Below, piece after piece: positions 36,015 to 45,509 of a stretch of 64,000 nt of DNA. The notes under the pieces were generated by a model. The model saw only the letters and a program-made list of their open reading frames with translations. It did not search any database and was not told the origin of the DNA. The position numbers and the translations under genes are program-made. The DNA comes from Bacillota bacterium (lineage in GTDB: Bacteria > Bacillota > Clostridia > Christensenellales > Pumilibacteraceae). Location of the stretch: the NCBI GenBank assembly GCA_009787385.1, contig WRGC01000006.1, positions 2,657 through 66,656 of the forward strand, given 5' to 3'. Within the stretch, counting starts at the first letter, position 1. Each line of letters opens with the position of its first letter.

Positions 36015-37388
36015 ATGAAAAATAATAGCGTTTTACAATTTAATTTTTTAAAAAAATATATTATTGTTTTGTTGTTATTTAGTATTTGTCTTGGGTTTTC
36101 TAGTTTTTCAAACATGACACAAAAGCATGGGGAAGGCGGGGCAAAACTTGCAAGTGCTAAAGAGACATTTACAATAACCTTTCAAGATATTGGTGAAGGT
36201 CCAGTCCCGTCACCTGTGCAAGTGAGTTTTGGAGAGTTGGTCCCAAACATACCAAGAGTAAAGACAAAACTGTCAAGGACGGGTTGTTATGGCTTTTATA
36301 CTATTATAAATGAAGAACTTGTTTTTTATTATGTGGCTAATGATCGCAATTCTAGAAATCCTCAAGGGACTCCAATGATAGCTTCAAAAACATATGACTT
36401 GCATGAAGATATAACACTTACACCTGCTTATGGCACAATCAGTGGTGAACCACGCAATATAATGCTAAATCCAAATGGTGGGGTATTGCCACAGGATTCA
36501 AAAATAAATGATAAAAATCAAATTGAGGTTTATTGGAATACAAAACTTTCATCAATGCCAGCTCCAACAAGAGCAGGATACAGGTTTGCAGGGTTTTTTA
36601 CGGATTTAGATAGCGATTTTGAAGTAAGTGGAGATGGAGATATGTGGTATGATCAAGAAATGTATTGTCCTAGAGATGAAGATAGTATTAATCTTGATTG
36701 GACACCAATGGTAATACATGCTAAGTGGGTAGCAGCAGACTCAGATGAATATATAGTGACGCTAGATATGCAGGGTGGTACAGGTGGGACTAATCTAGTA
36801 GTAGCCAAGCTCAATCAACCTGTGCCTGATGCCAAAGCCCCTACTAAAGATGGATATATGTTTGATGGATATTATGACAGTAATGACAAACAGTATTATA
36901 TGAGTAGCATGCAAAGTGCAAGGGATTGGGATAGACAAAATGATACAACATTGATTGCAAGGTGGACATTTATAGAGATTGTGACAGATGAATATATAGT
37001 GACGCTAGATATGCAGGGTGGTACAGGTGGGACTAATCTAGTAGTAGCCAAGCTCAATCAACCTATGCCTGATGCCAAAGCTCCTACTAAAGATGGATAT
37101 GTGTTTGATGGATATTATGATATCAATGACAAACAGTACTATACGAGCAGTATGCAAAGTGCAAGAAATTGGGATACAGAAAATGACATTGTATTGTATG
37201 CAAAGTATAATATTGTAGATGTTGGATACAACAATCAAGATGATGGTGACAATAATACAATATTAATAATTAGTCTAAGTGCAGGTGGCGGTGTATTGTT
37301 GATAGGATTGGCATGTTTCTTGATAATAATCAAAAAGAGAAGAAGTGCGTTTGGAACTAATTCTAATGGCAATAAATATAGACGATAG
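36015..37388 (+). CDS. Surface protein with about 4 Listeria-Bacteroides repeats and a C-terminal TM anchor
   Basis: Signal-anchor. Repeats end in HAKW/IARW/YAKY. Each unit reads ..LD.QGGTGGT....L.QP.PDAKAPTKDGY.FDGYYD..DKQYY......WD. TM VLLIGLACFLIII followed by KKRRSAF. Confidence 0.75.
   Translation: MKNNSVLQFNFLKKYIIVLLLFSICLGFSSFSNMTQKHGEGGAKLASAKETFTITFQDIGEGPVPSPVQVSFGELVPNIPRVKTKLSRTGCYGFYTIINEELVFYYVANDRNSRNPQGTPMIASKTYDLHEDITLTPAYGTISGEPRNIMLNPNGGVLPQDSKINDKNQIEVYWNTKLSSMPAPTRAGYRFAGFFTDLDSDFEVSGDGDMWYDQEMYCPRDEDSINLDWTPMVIHAKWVAADSDEYIVTLDMQGGTGGTNLVVAKLNQPVPDAKAPTKDGYMFDGYYDSNDKQYYMSSMQSARDWDRQNDTTLIARWTFIEIVTDEYIVTLDMQGGTGGTNLVVAKLNQPMPDAKAPTKDGYVFDGYYDINDKQYYTSSMQSARNWDTENDIVLYAKYNIVDVGYNNQDDGDNNTILIISLSAGGGVLLIGLACFLIIIKKRRSAFGTNSNGNKYRR
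36744..37229 (+). repeat. In-frame 243-bp tandem duplication inside the 36015 gene
   Basis: Units start at 36744 and 36987. By eye the first 77 nt are identical (GATGAATATATAGTGACGCTAGATATGCAGGGTGGTACAGGTGGGACTAATCTAGTAGTAGCCAAGCTCAATCAACCT), after which there are scattered substitutions. Confidence 0.85.
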
Positions 37389-37403
37389 TAAAGTTCTTGT
37401 AAG

Positions 37404-37447
37404 AAATACAAAAAGTATCTTATTTAAATAAGATACTTTTTGTATTT
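37404..37447. terminator. Perfect 19-bp hairpin terminator after the 36015 gene
   Basis: AAATACAAAAAGTATCTTA-tttaaa-TAAGATACTTTTTGTATTT. Confidence 0.65.
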
Positions 37448-37456
37448 TATTGTTAG

Positions 37457-37649
37457 GAGTTTACAAATAGAGTAAATTAAGATGTAGAAGTAATAACTTA
37501 ATTAAAATCAACATTAAAGCGTTCGGGGGTTTGGGGGGATTCGCAACCCCCCAAGAGCTTTTTTGGTTCTTTTTTGGCGTCAAAAAAGAATAACGCTAGT
37601 TTTGTTGATTGTTTTTATCTTATTGTAATAACCGCTCTTGTACACTCTC
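37457..37649 (-). repeat. Intergenic TIR/hairpin element, copy 11
   Basis: GAGTTTACAAATAGAGTAAATTAAGATG...CATTAAAGCGTTCGGGGGTTTGGGGGGATTCGCAACCCCCCAAGAGCTTTTTTGGTTCTTTTTTGGCGTCAAAAAAGAATAA...CTCTTGTACACTCTC. Confidence 0.9.
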
Positions 37650-37694
37650 TTCTTTTTGATTAAAATACAATTGTATTGTCTACAAATGAGATTG

Positions 37695-37964
37695 CTATTG
37701 TATATCACGATTTTTTATTTTATCAACCAAAGTATTATAATAATCATTTGACAAAATAGCAGCAAACCCTTGACCACAAAAACCAATATTGTCAAACATA
37801 AATGACCACTTTGATTTTTGTCCATAGCTAAAATTGACAACACAATTGCAATTGTGTTGCTTTGCTTGTGTAGCTAGGTTTGCTTTTACATCGTTTAGGT
37901 TTTTCAATTGAGCTCCAAAAGTTTTGCTAAGATCGCAATTGATATGCATGACTTTTTTTGCCAT
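37695..37964 (-). CDS. Hypothetical small protein (remote YbjQ/DUF74-like pattern at best)
   Basis: 89 aa counted from ATG 37964, which is preceded by GAAGGTGA (the track ORF starts at 38018). ...ATQAKQHNCNCVVNFSYGQ...GQGFAAIL. No firm family assignment. Confidence 0.45.
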   Translation of the reverse strand: MAKKVMHINCDLSKTFGAQLKNLNDVKANLATQAKQHNCNCVVNFSYGQKSKWSFMFDNIGFCGQGFAAILSNDYYNTLVDKIKNRDIQ

Positions 37965-38029
37965 ATTGTCATCACCTTCAATAAAAACAATTCCTTCAAA
38001 TATAGTAGAATATCCCATAAATAATATAC

Positions 38030-38224
38030 CTAACTCAACCTGCGTTCTAGCACAGCAACAAATTCATTTCTAGAACTTCCTGCTCCACCAAATGATGGCG
38101 TAGCACAACAAATTACTCTAAAGCCTTGTTGAGCATATGCATTCAAAGCTTCTTGTAATTTAACTGGATCAAACTTTGAAGAGAACCATTTGTCTTTTTG
38201 TGTTAAAACTATATATTCATACAT
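38030..38224 (-). CDS. DUF4177 domain protein
   Basis: 64 aa: MYEYIVLTQKDKWFS.KFDP.KLQEALNAYAQQGFRVI.... Confidence 0.6.
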   Translation of the reverse strand: MYEYIVLTQKDKWFSSKFDPVKLQEALNAYAQQGFRVICCATPSFGGAGSSRNEFVAVLERRLS

Positions 38225-38350
38225 ATGGTATCATTATACCATATTATAGCAACAAAGTCAAGTATACCAGCGTCCCCCTATTTTGTGCTTCATCAATAGT
38301 TTGTATTAGATATTAATATAAATTTATATAATTTGTATGTAAGATATTGT

Positions 38351-38544
38351 GAGTGGACAAATATAATGCATTAATATGAACAATGAAGTAAATATTTAAA
38401 TAAAAACAAACCATAAAGCGTTCGGGGGTTTTGGGGGGGGATTCACCAAGAGCTTTTTTGGTTCTTTTTTGGCGTCAAAAAAGAATAACTCTGGTTTGGT
38501 TGATTGTTTGTATTTGTTGTTAATAATCTCTTGTTGTACACTCT
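38351..38544 (-). repeat. Intergenic TIR/hairpin element, copy 12
   Basis: GAGTGGACAAATATAATGCATTAATATG...CCATAAAGCGTTCGGGGGTTTTGGGGGGGGATTCACCAAGAGCTTTTTTGGTTCTTTTTTGGCGTCAAAAAAGAATAA...CTTGTTGTACACTCT. Confidence 0.9.
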
Positions 38545-38657
38545 AAATATTTGTGATATATTTGAATAAAATTGACAATCAAACAACAAAATTGCCACCA
38601 AAGCTTGTTGTCAAAAGGTTGTGATGGCAATTTTGATATTTAACTAAAAAATATTAT

Positions 38658-38963
38658 TTAATCTTTGATAAATGACATGCACATTGCTTTGTTGTCTTCT
38701 TCGCCCATCATTATGGTTATGCCATTTGCAATGCATTTATTGTCTTTGTTGAATAGACATTTGGCAGTACAGTCTATTGATGTGTCCACACTATAATTGG
38801 CAGGAGCAAAGTCTTCGGCACTTTCAAAGATTGCCTTTCTTTTTTGTTCGCTTGGAGCATAACTCGTGCAGTCTGTGTGTTGGTCTACACCTATTTTTTT
38901 TGCAACACAACTATAGCCTTTGTTGTATTTGCAATCTCTCAATCCACATTTTAAGTCTTTCAT
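38658..38963 (-). CDS. DUF1540 domain protein (two Cys-rich repeats; family common in spore-formers)
   Basis: MKDLKCGLRDCKYNKGYSCVAKKIGV..HTDCTSY and CTAKCLFNKDNKCIANGITI. The start is uncertain (the track ORF extends to 39005). Confidence 0.7.
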   Translation of the reverse strand: MKDLKCGLRDCKYNKGYSCVAKKIGVDQHTDCTSYAPSEQKRKAIFESAEDFAPANYSVDTSIDCTAKCLFNKDNKCIANGITIMMGEEDNKAMCMSFIKD

Positions 38964-39116
38964 ATGTTTATTATGGACAAGTGACACTGATTTTATTAGT
39001 ACCAACTTAGTTTGTAGTTTGCAAATATTTTGATTGATATAATTGTAGTTGTCTCAATATAGGTTTGCAAAGTTTGTCAATCAAGCAATTATTGTTTTGC
39101 AATTGTACAAAAATAG

Positions 39117-39145
39117 TTGCAAAATTATGGTAATTGTGATATAAT
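39117..39145 (+). promoter_or_regulatory. Sigma-A-type promoter with extended -10, upstream of ftsH
   Basis: TTGCAA-N17 (ending in TGA)-TATAAT(39140-39145), about 245 nt before the ftsH start. Confidence 0.4.
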
Positions 39146-39389
39146 AACTCTCAATTAGTATTATACTATCATTGTGTATTTTTGTAGTTTGTTGGTTGTA
39201 GTTGATACAATTTGCATAAATTGGGATACATCTAGTTGTATATTATCAATTTATATATTTGAGTTTTTATTTCAAAGTGCTACTTTGGGGCTAGTGTCTC
39301 ATGTGTGCAAGTTAGTTTGATTGACATTGTACACAAATGAGTTGAGCTTGATTGTTTTTGTTTACTTTGAAGTTGGAGGGTTTTTTGGT

Positions 39390-41465
39390 TTGAAAAGTAG
39401 TACTAAAGGTTTTATAGGTATATTGGCTGCACTAGTTGTTTTGTTGGCGGTTACCTTTTGGTTTATTATTTCATCAGGTGGTCCAGCTAAGATTACGGCT
39501 CATGAGTTTGATTTTCAACTCAATAACAACAATGTTAAAGCTGTCTATATAGCCAATGATACCGTAAAAGCATTGGACAAGAATGGCGACATTGGCAAGT
39601 TCCCAGGTACGGCTACATGGGAGTTCTTTGATAGAGAATTGAGAGTTATAGACACTGTCACTGACTACAATAATGCAAAAAAAGATAAGTGGTTAGAAAA
39701 ATATGATACCAATCAAGATGGTGAAGTGACAGTTGAAGATGCTAAGATTAATGAAGATGGTAGTATTGGTAGCAATTATACAGAAAAAGAGGTGGAAGAG
39801 TTCAAGACAGAACTTAATGAATCTACTGTAAATTTTACTTTTAATGATAGATATGCAACCAATGTATGGAGTATAATAATCAACTTATTGCCAATTGTCC
39901 TTTTGATTGTCTTGGCTATCTTCATATTTAGAATGATGTCTAAGTCCAATAGTAGTGCACTCAACTTTGGCAAGACACATGCGCAATTGTCTACTAGTAC
40001 CAAAGTGCACTTTAGTGATGTTGCAGGTGCTGAAGAAGAAAAAGAAGAGTTGAAAGAGATAGTAGAGTTTTTGAAATCTCCTGCAAAGTTTACTACAGTT
40101 GGAGCTAGAATACCAAAAGGCGTATTGCTAGTAGGACCACCGGGTACAGGCAAAACTTTGTTTGCCAAGGCTGTTGCTGGTGAAGCCAATGTTCCTTTCT
40201 TTAGTATATCAGGTAGTGACTTTGTAGAAATGTTTGTAGGTGTAGGAGCGAGTCGTGTAAGAGATTTGTTTGAACAAGCAAAACGCAATCAACCTTGTAT
40301 TATTTTTATAGACGAAATAGATGCAGTAGGGCGTCAAAGAGGTGCAGGTATGGGTGGCGGACATGACGAAAGAGAGCAAACCCTCAATCAACTTTTGGTT
40401 CATATGGACGGTTTTGTATCAAATGAGGGTATCATTGTCATGGCAGCAACCAATCGTGCCGATGTCTTAGACCCTGCACTTTTGAGACCTGGTAGATTTG
40501 ATAGACAGATTTATGTTCATACTCCTGATGTGCGTGGGCGTGAAGCTATATTTAAGGTTCATAGTCGCAACAAGCCAATGTCAAAAGAAATAGACTTTAG
40601 GGTTCTTGCAAGATTGACAAGTGGTTTTAGTGGTGCAGATATAGAAAACTTGCTCAATGAAGCAGCAATATTGTGTGCTAGAGACGGGCGTATGCAAATC
40701 AATATGCAAGATATATATGAGGGTATCAACAAAGTAGTTTTGGGACCTCAAAAGAAATCTCGCTTAGTCACAGAGATGGACAAACGCAATACGGCATATC
40801 ATGAAGCAGGGCATGCTATAGTTGCTAGGTCTTTGCCCGAATGTGACCCTGTGCATGAAGTTAGTATTATTCCTAGAGGTCAAGCGGCTGGATATACAAT
40901 GATGAGACCTGACAACGACGATAATGATTATACTATCAACAAGCTAACATCACAAATTGCAATGGCAATGGGTGGTAGAGCAGCAGAAGAGATAGTTATT
41001 CATGACTTTAGTGCGGGTGCTGCAGGTGATATCAAACATGTGACTTCAATTGCACGCAAGATGGTTACAGAATGGGGTATGTCTAAGGATATTGGACCAG
41101 TGTTTTATGGTAGTGGTGGCGAAGTCTTCTTGGGTAGAGATTATTCTAGTAGTCATGCCAATACTAGTGAAGTTATTACAGGAAAGATAGATGCCGAAAT
41201 TCATCGTATTATAGAAGAAGGACATCAAACAGCGTTGCGTATATTGACTGAAAAACGAAATATAATGGACAATATGGCAAGAGTATTAGTAGAACGAGAG
41301 ACTATATATGCTGAAGAAGTTCTAATGCTAATGGAAGGCAAAGATGCTAGCACTGTTATAGAGTATATAGATGGCAAGACAGGGAGTCGTAAAGTCAATC
41401 CAACGGTAGTGTCAGCAGTAGTTGATACGACCAACAGTGTTGACAATACAACCAACAATCAATAA
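39390..41465 (+). CDS. ftsH: ATP-dependent zinc metalloprotease FtsH
   Basis: [37 protein letters not shown] region [26 protein letters not shown] zinc motif. The start is placed at TTG 39390, after GGAGGG (the track ORF begins at 39321). Confidence 0.9.
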   Translation: MKSSTKGFIGILAALVVLLAVTFWFIISSGGPAKITAHEFDFQLNNNNVKAVYIANDTVKALDKNGDIGKFPGTATWEFFDRELRVIDTVTDYNNAKKDKWLEKYDTNQDGEVTVEDAKINEDGSIGSNYTEKEVEEFKTELNESTVNFTFNDRYATNVWSIIINLLPIVLLIVLAIFIFRMMSKSNSSALNFGKTHAQLSTSTKVHFSDVAGAEEEKEELKEIVEFLKSPAKFTTVGARIPKGVLLVGPPGTGKTLFAKAVAGEANVPFFSISGSDFVEMFVGVGASRVRDLFEQAKRNQPCIIFIDEIDAVGRQRGAGMGGGHDEREQTLNQLLVHMDGFVSNEGIIVMAATNRADVLDPALLRPGRFDRQIYVHTPDVRGREAIFKVHSRNKPMSKEIDFRVLARLTSGFSGADIENLLNEAAILCARDGRMQINMQDIYEGINKVVLGPQKKSRLVTEMDKRNTAYHEAGHAIVARSLPECDPVHEVSIIPRGQAAGYTMMRPDNDDNDYTINKLTSQIAMAMGGRAAEEIVIHDFSAGAAGDIKHVTSIARKMVTEWGMSKDIGPVFYGSGGEVFLGRDYSSSHANTSEVITGKIDAEIHRIIEEGHQTALRILTEKRNIMDNMARVLVERETIYAEEVLMLMEGKDASTVIEYIDGKTGSRKVNPTVVSAVVDTTNSVDNTTNNQ

Positions 41466-41608
41466 TAGTCAATTATAGTGTTGCGATTATGAGATGATTT
41501 TTTGTGTTAGAAACAAAATGCAAGTAGTTGCAATTTGTTTCTAACATCAAATTTTAGTGTATCAAACAATAGATTTTTGTCATCAATTTCTTAGGGGATT
41601 ATTAACAA

Positions 41609-42244
41609 GTGAGAGCAAGAATAATATTAATTTCAATAATCAGTGTGATAGGGGCGGCACTGATAGTTTGTACAGGGATACTGTTCTTTGTACAAAATAC
41701 TTTTTTTGATAGTTTGCCCAAAGGTGTTAGTGAGATTAGGGTTTATGGGGTAGCGAGTACTGAGCTTGCCATGCCACCTTTGTCACCTAATAGTGATGAC
41801 TCTAGAGTTGTTGATGATTATAATGAGTTTGAAACAGCACTCAACAACACAAAGTTTAGTCTTATTGTAAGTGTTTTGAGTGGTAGATGGTTGGCTGAAA
41901 CTAAGTTTGAAAGAGATGGAGAGGATAACTTGGTAAAGTTGAATAAAGCAGAACTAGATGCATTGCAAGCTGACACAGACAAGTATATGGTTGATATGTA
42001 TTGGGGTTTTGAAAATATTCAAACAATCAAAGTAGAAGATAAGACTATAGAGTTTGATACTATCAAGTTTATATTTGGCAACGATGGCGACTTGTCTTTG
42101 ATTAGGGTATTTGCTTACAATTCTTTAGAAATGATAGGCAATGCACCAACTGTAGAGGACACAGTAGCTAATCCGTTTACCGTATATGCTAGTACTTCAG
42201 GATTGTACAATACTGTAAAAGATATGATTGCAAGAAAACAATAA
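41609..42244 (+). CDS. Hypothetical membrane-anchored protein
   Basis: GTG start after GGGGA. N-terminal TM IILISIISVIGAALIVCTGILFFV. No recognisable domain. Confidence 0.5.
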   Translation: MRARIILISIISVIGAALIVCTGILFFVQNTFFDSLPKGVSEIRVYGVASTELAMPPLSPNSDDSRVVDDYNEFETALNNTKFSLIVSVLSGRWLAETKFERDGEDNLVKLNKAELDALQADTDKYMVDMYWGFENIQTIKVEDKTIEFDTIKFIFGNDGDLSLIRVFAYNSLEMIGNAPTVEDTVANPFTVYASTSGLYNTVKDMIARKQ

Positions 42245-42338
42245 TATATATTGTATAATTCAAATTAACCAAACTTGTTTAACAATCATATTTGTACAAC
42301 TATAACTACAATTAATTCACATTTAGGAGAAAAATATA

Positions 42339-43610
42339 ATGAAGATAACAGATATCAAAGCTTATGAAGTGTTGGACAGTAGGGGAAATCCTACAGTATT
42401 AGCAGAAGTGTTTGCAAGTGATGACAAGACCAAAGCATATGGTTTGGCTATTGTTCCATCAGGGGCAAGTACAGGAGCATACGAAGCTGTAGAGCTTAGA
42501 GATGGTGATAAGACTCGTTATAACAAAAAAGGTGTAACTAAAGCAGTCAACAATGTCAATACGACTATCAAGAATGCGTTGATAGGTGATGATGTTGCCA
42601 ATCAAAGAGCTTTGGACGAAAAGATGATAAAGCTTGATGGTACGCCCAATAAGGCAAATTTGGGTGCAAATGCAATATTGGCGGTTTCTTTGGCGGCGGC
42701 TAGATGTGCGGCAAACGGGAATGGGCAACAACCATATGAGTATATTGCAGGTCTTTATAAGACAAAGATTGCAGGCAACAAGGTTGGCAGTGATTTGCCT
42801 ATGCCTATGATGAATATTATCAATGGTGGAGCTCATGCTGACAACAATCTAGATATTCAAGAGTTTATGGTACAACCTGTTGGTGCTAAGAACATGCAAG
42901 AAGCTGTTCGTATGGGTAGTGAAGTATTTCATGCACTTAAGGAAATCTTGAAAAAAAATAAGCATGTTACTGCTGTAGGTGATGAGGGTGGTTTTGCTCC
43001 AAATCTTAAGGCTAATCGTGAAGGTTTAGAATTGTGTGTAGAAGCGGTAAAAGCAGCTGGATACAAGATGGGTACTGACTTCAAACTTTGTCTTGATGTG
43101 GCAGCAAGTGAGTTTTATGACGAATCAATCAAAAAATATAAGTTTGATGGAAGAGAGATGACAGCAGGTGAAATGGTAGACTATTATGCAAAGTTGTGTG
43201 AAGATTTTGATATTGCAAGTATAGAAGATGGTTTGGATCAAAATGATTGGGAAGGTTATGTAGCTATGACCAAGAGATTGGGTAGCAAGATACAAATTGT
43301 CGGCGATGACTTTTTTTGTACCAACACAACTCGTCTCAAAAAGGGCATAGATATGGGTGCATGCAATGCTATCCTTATTAAGGTTAATCAAATTGGTTCT
43401 TTGACTGAGACTTTGGATTGTATCAAAATGGCACATGATGCGGGGTATAAAACTGTAATTTCACATCGTAGTGGTGAGACCGAAGATAGTACTATTGCAG
43501 ATATTGCAGTAGCTGTCAAAGCGGGACAAATCAAGACAGGTAGCTTGTCAAGGACAGATAGAGTGGCTAAGTACAATAGATTGATATTGATTAGTCATTG
43601 GTTGGCTTAA
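42339..43610 (+). CDS. eno: Enolase
   Basis: [54 protein letters not shown]. Confidence 0.95.
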   Translation: MKITDIKAYEVLDSRGNPTVLAEVFASDDKTKAYGLAIVPSGASTGAYEAVELRDGDKTRYNKKGVTKAVNNVNTTIKNALIGDDVANQRALDEKMIKLDGTPNKANLGANAILAVSLAAARCAANGNGQQPYEYIAGLYKTKIAGNKVGSDLPMPMMNIINGGAHADNNLDIQEFMVQPVGAKNMQEAVRMGSEVFHALKEILKKNKHVTAVGDEGGFAPNLKANREGLELCVEAVKAAGYKMGTDFKLCLDVAASEFYDESIKKYKFDGREMTAGEMVDYYAKLCEDFDIASIEDGLDQNDWEGYVAMTKRLGSKIQIVGDDFFCTNTTRLKKGIDMGACNAILIKVNQIGSLTETLDCIKMAHDAGYKTVISHRSGETEDSTIADIAVAVKAGQIKTGSLSRTDRVAKYNRLILISHWLA

Positions 43611-43722
43611 TACAAATTGTACTTGTTGCATATTTGAATTAATTATATTAATCTAAATTAAACAAAATAATCACAAAAATATATACTATTTTGTGATTAT
43701 TTTGTTGTATAGGAGTGTGTGT

Positions 43723-44808
43723 ATGAAAATATATCCCGTCACAAAAAATCTAGTTTGGGGTGGTTCTAAACTAAAAAAGTTTTTTAATAAGTCTAGTAAT
43801 ACTGACAATATAGCCGAGACATGGGAACTATCTGTACATGCCGATGGTATGTCTACAGTGCAAGATGGTTCAACACTCAAGCAAATATTGGATATCAATC
43901 CAAAATGGCTTGGTACTCTCAACCTAAATGGTATACAGATAATTGTAAAATTGATTGATGCTGCAGATAATCTGTCTATTCAAGTACACCCTGACGATGT
44001 GTACGCTAGGCAGTTTGGACAACTTGGCAAAAGAGAATGTTGGTACATTGTAGATGCCGAAGATGGAGCAGGTATATATTGTGGTTTTAATAAAGACTTG
44101 ACAAAGCAAGAACTTGAACAAGCTTTGGTTGACAAAACAATTTTGACAAAACTCAACTTTATATCAGTAAAAAAGGGTGATAGTTTTTTTATAGAGTCGG
44201 GTACAGTGCATGCTATTGGAAAAGGCGTAACTATATGTGAAATTCAACAAAGTAGCAATATTACATATAGATTGTATGATTATGATAGGCGTGATGCAAA
44301 CAATAATCCAAGAGATTTGCATATCAATCAATCCTTAGATGTTTGCAATCTCAAAGCGTATATACCCAAAAAGATAAGTATCAGTATAGATGACAATTTA
44401 TTGTGGTATGCTGGTTGTAAGGACTTTGGGGCATATCAATTGAGGGTTGATGGTGAGTATATTTATACTACACTTGAGACAAGTTTTTGTAGCTTTACAG
44501 TAATAGATGGTCAATGTATTATCAATGGAGAAGATTGCAATACGGGGCAAACATACTTTGCTAAGGCAAGTAACGAATATACAATATTAGGGAAATGTAC
44601 AATAATAATCGCTACAATTGACAAGTATACAGTACAAATAACTGAAGATAATAAAACAACAAAAGCAACTATAACTAATACTGTTGGTAAAACACTAACA
44701 ACGGTATCTATACAACAACCATTAAACAACAATACAAAAGAAAAGTTATTGACTATGTGTGCTGTCAATCTCAATATGAAAGTTGATGACTTTAGTGAAA
44801 AGCAATAA
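43723..44808 (+). CDS. manA: Mannose-6-phosphate isomerase, class I
   Basis: SD AGGAG. IYPVTKNLVWGGSKL, ETWELSVH, SIQVHPDD, ECWYIV, GTVHAIGKG. The start is at MKIYP (the track ORF begins at 43693). Confidence 0.8.
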   Translation: MKIYPVTKNLVWGGSKLKKFFNKSSNTDNIAETWELSVHADGMSTVQDGSTLKQILDINPKWLGTLNLNGIQIIVKLIDAADNLSIQVHPDDVYARQFGQLGKRECWYIVDAEDGAGIYCGFNKDLTKQELEQALVDKTILTKLNFISVKKGDSFFIESGTVHAIGKGVTICEIQQSSNITYRLYDYDRRDANNNPRDLHINQSLDVCNLKAYIPKKISISIDDNLLWYAGCKDFGAYQLRVDGEYIYTTLETSFCSFTVIDGQCIINGEDCNTGQTYFAKASNEYTILGKCTIIIATIDKYTVQITEDNKTTKATITNTVGKTLTTVSIQQPLNNNTKEKLLTMCAVNLNMKVDDFSEKQ

Positions 44809-44905
44809 GGATACAACAGTTGTTGCTAAAATATCTTTGATAGTATTTAAACAAAAATTGATATCTACAATGTTTTATGTAATATAGATAACAGAATATA
44901 TTTAA

Positions 44906-44942
44906 AAAACCCATAAAATTATGATTAAATTTTATGGGTTTT
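44906..44942. terminator. Bidirectional intrinsic terminator between manA and ssrA
   Basis: AAAACCCATAAAATT-atgatta-AATTTTATGGGTTTT, a 15-bp perfect stem with A-run/T-run flanks on both strands. Confidence 0.7.
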
Positions 44943-44969
44943 CTTGTATGTTGAATATACTAAAATTTT

Positions 44970-45361
44970 TGGTGGAGGTGAGGGGAGTTGAACCCCTTTC
45001 CGAAAAGATTGAGAGATAGTGTTCTACAAGTTTAGCACTATTGCAAGATACAAACATTGTGGGAGCAATTGTGCAAATCCCACATCATTCGTGTGACAAA
45101 ATGTCGTATAGTACAAGTCACAATTGACTATACCAGTGGCTTTATAAAATGACAATACTAGCTATAGCTAAAGCAACCAAAGTAGTATCGTCGCAGGCTT
45201 TAATTAGGCTGCGAATGCAAATGTAGGTGCATAAGCAGGAGCTACATTTGTTTTTGCTGTTTTGTTAGCATTTATTTTTTTGCCCATTTTTAAGTAGCAC
45301 ATTGGGCGACTACTACTTGCTGTCCTACTGACGCACTTCCCGTCGAAGCCGTGACACCCCC
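44970..45361 (-). ncRNA. ssrA: tmRNA (SsrA)
   Basis: On the minus strand the 5' end reads GGGGGTGTCACGGCTTCGACGGGAAG and the 3' end reads ...AGGGGTTCAACTCCCCTCACCTCCACCA (T-arm, acceptor, CCA). An internal tag frame ends ...GCACCTACATTTGCATTCGCAGCCTAA (..APTFAFAA-stop). Confidence 0.9.
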
Positions 45362-45509
45362 ATATAATTAGCAACTATACAATAAGATGTTGCATCTCGT
45401 TAATGCAACATCTTATTGTACTATATTACAACAATTTTGTCAATATATAATTTTTGTAAAAATTAGCAAGTTTTGTATCAAGGTACTTATTATACCAGTT
45501 TTATAGCAT

